Source: a virus. From it: a stretch of 64,000 nucleotides of DNA. The notes below the pieces were generated by a model. It searched no databases and was not told where the DNA came from. It worked only from the letters and a program-made list of their open reading frames with translations. The stretch spans positions 1 to 64,000 of IMG/VR virus record IMGVR_UViG_3300046096_000411. One strand, written 5' to 3'. Made by a program: the position numbers and the translations under genes. Positions 62,981 to 64,000 of this stretch are shown piece after piece. The first letter of the stretch is position 1, and each line of letters begins with the position of its first letter.

Positions 62981-63547
62981 ATGACCATCAGAATAATCTC
63001 AGACCGTGAGGTCACTCTGCAAATGCAAATAGAGGTGCAAGGCAAGGTACTCCAAAAAACCATGAACGAAGCGATTGCCCAAACCAAACGCATTGCGGAA
63101 CTTGAGGTGGAGGTTACGTCGCTACGCTCTGAAAGCGCACACCATTTACGCGAATACAAAGCTGCGCGGGGCGAACTCCATAAAGCGCAGGCAGCTATCG
63201 AGGCCAGCCGGAAGCAGGAGCCTGTGGCGACGGTGCGCCATGAACTTCGCCCATGGGAGAAGGCCGCACTCGCCCCGCCACACCCAAGACATTTCGGAAT
63301 CCCGAAGGAGCACTGTGAAGCCGCGCAGCATTACGCAAATTTCTGGCACCAGAACCGACTAGATGCTGTCCGCGTGAAGCAAGAAGCCGCGCAGCCAGTA
63401 CAAGTGCCGCTGACGGCTGAGCGGATAGTTTCAGCCTGCTACTCATTCCGCCATGACTTTGGACTGTTGCCACAAGAAACACGCGATTCACTTACCCGAA
63501 CCGCAACAGACTGGGCTCAAGCATTCGGCATCGGAGGCGGACAATGA
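62981..63547 (+). CDS. Hypothetical phage protein (coiled coil, QEPVA motif)
   Basis: GGAG SD; mosaic early-gene motifs QEPVA and PLTAERI. Confidence 0.65.
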   Translation: MTIRIISDREVTLQMQIEVQGKVLQKTMNEAIAQTKRIAELEVEVTSLRSESAHHLREYKAARGELHKAQAAIEASRKQEPVATVRHELRPWEKAALAPPHPRHFGIPKEHCEAAQHYANFWHQNRLDAVRVKQEAAQPVQVPLTAERIVSACYSFRHDFGLLPQETRDSLTRTATDWAQAFGIGGGQ

Positions 63548-63741
63548 CCCGCCCAGACTCCCCCTGCATCGCCATCTGCGACACGCTCTACCAACCAACC
63601 CACTGCTCAGGATGCGGCCGCACCATCCAAGAGGTAGCCAACTGGGTCATCCTCAGCGAGGCCGAGAAAGACGCGGTGTGGCAGCGCATCGAGACAGAAG
63701 GCACCGCCAAGAGGTTCACCACTTACCGGGAGCGGACATGA
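63544..63741 (+). CDS. DUF1289 / YdhL-like small Cys protein
   Basis: SPCIAIC..HCSGCGRTIQEVANW..EKDAVW. Confidence 0.85.
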   Translation: MTRPDSPCIAICDTLYQPTHCSGCGRTIQEVANWVILSEAEKDAVWQRIETEGTAKRFTTYRERT

Positions 63742-63989
63742 CCACCAGCGTCCCCTACGCCGCGTTTTTCCTCGGCTTCCCCGTCGTCATCACCGCACCA
63801 GGCCAGTACGTCACCCGGTCGGGCGAGGTGGTCGAGGTGGACGACGACAGCAGCTACCACTGGAAGCGCGGCCGGTACCAGTGCGGCACAGTCGAGACAT
63901 GGCACCGCAGCGGCCGCATCTTTTCTGGTACCGAGACGGCCAACGACATCGTGCAGCCGGTCGCGACGGAATCCGGGCTCGCGCCATGA
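63738..63989 (+). CDS. Hypothetical protein
   Basis: ATGA coupling; PGQYVTRSGEVV..TWHRSGR..NDIV motif. Confidence 0.65.
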   Translation: MTTSVPYAAFFLGFPVVITAPGQYVTRSGEVVEVDDDSSYHWKRGRYQCGTVETWHRSGRIFSGTETANDIVQPVATESGLAP

Positions 63990-64000
63990 AACTCCACACC

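Overview
The whole window is part of a GC-rich, contractile-tailed (myovirus-type) phage or prophage. The host is probably a betaproteobacterium, inferred only from composition and gene style. From about 57.8 kb leftwards, the minus strand carries the late and virion module: candidate TerS, ParB-adenine MTase, a block of putative virion-packaged cargo genes, TerL, portal, a beta-rich fibre/appendage block, MuF, an SNF2 helicase, prohead protease, scaffold, major capsid, neck, sheath, tube, chaperones, tape measure-SLT, baseplate and tailspike. An iteron-rich AT region at about 61.0-61.35 kb separates this from rightward small early-type genes. Notable observations: (1) A promoter-like motif G(T/G)CGTGA-N4-A-N3-T-N5-7 occurs 14 times, and in 11 it puts the predicted +1 on the start codon, suggesting a leaderless late regulon. 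(2) A hydrophobic-x-K-(S/A) maturation/targeting tag is shared by head proteins and by non-structural enzymes: a WGR + HipA/PI3K-like kinase + R-S-E ADP-ribosyltransferase protein, a Nudix hydrolase and an SNF2 helicase. (3) The terminase has two ATPase domains of different families in tandem. (4) The protease carries a copy of the capsid N-arm. (5) The tail chaperone has a candidate +1 frameshift at TCT_TTT_CGT. (6) A roughly 750-nt structured non-coding locus lies among the head genes. No tRNA, CRISPR array, integrase or clear lysis cassette was seen. All family calls come from motif recognition by eye, with no database searches.
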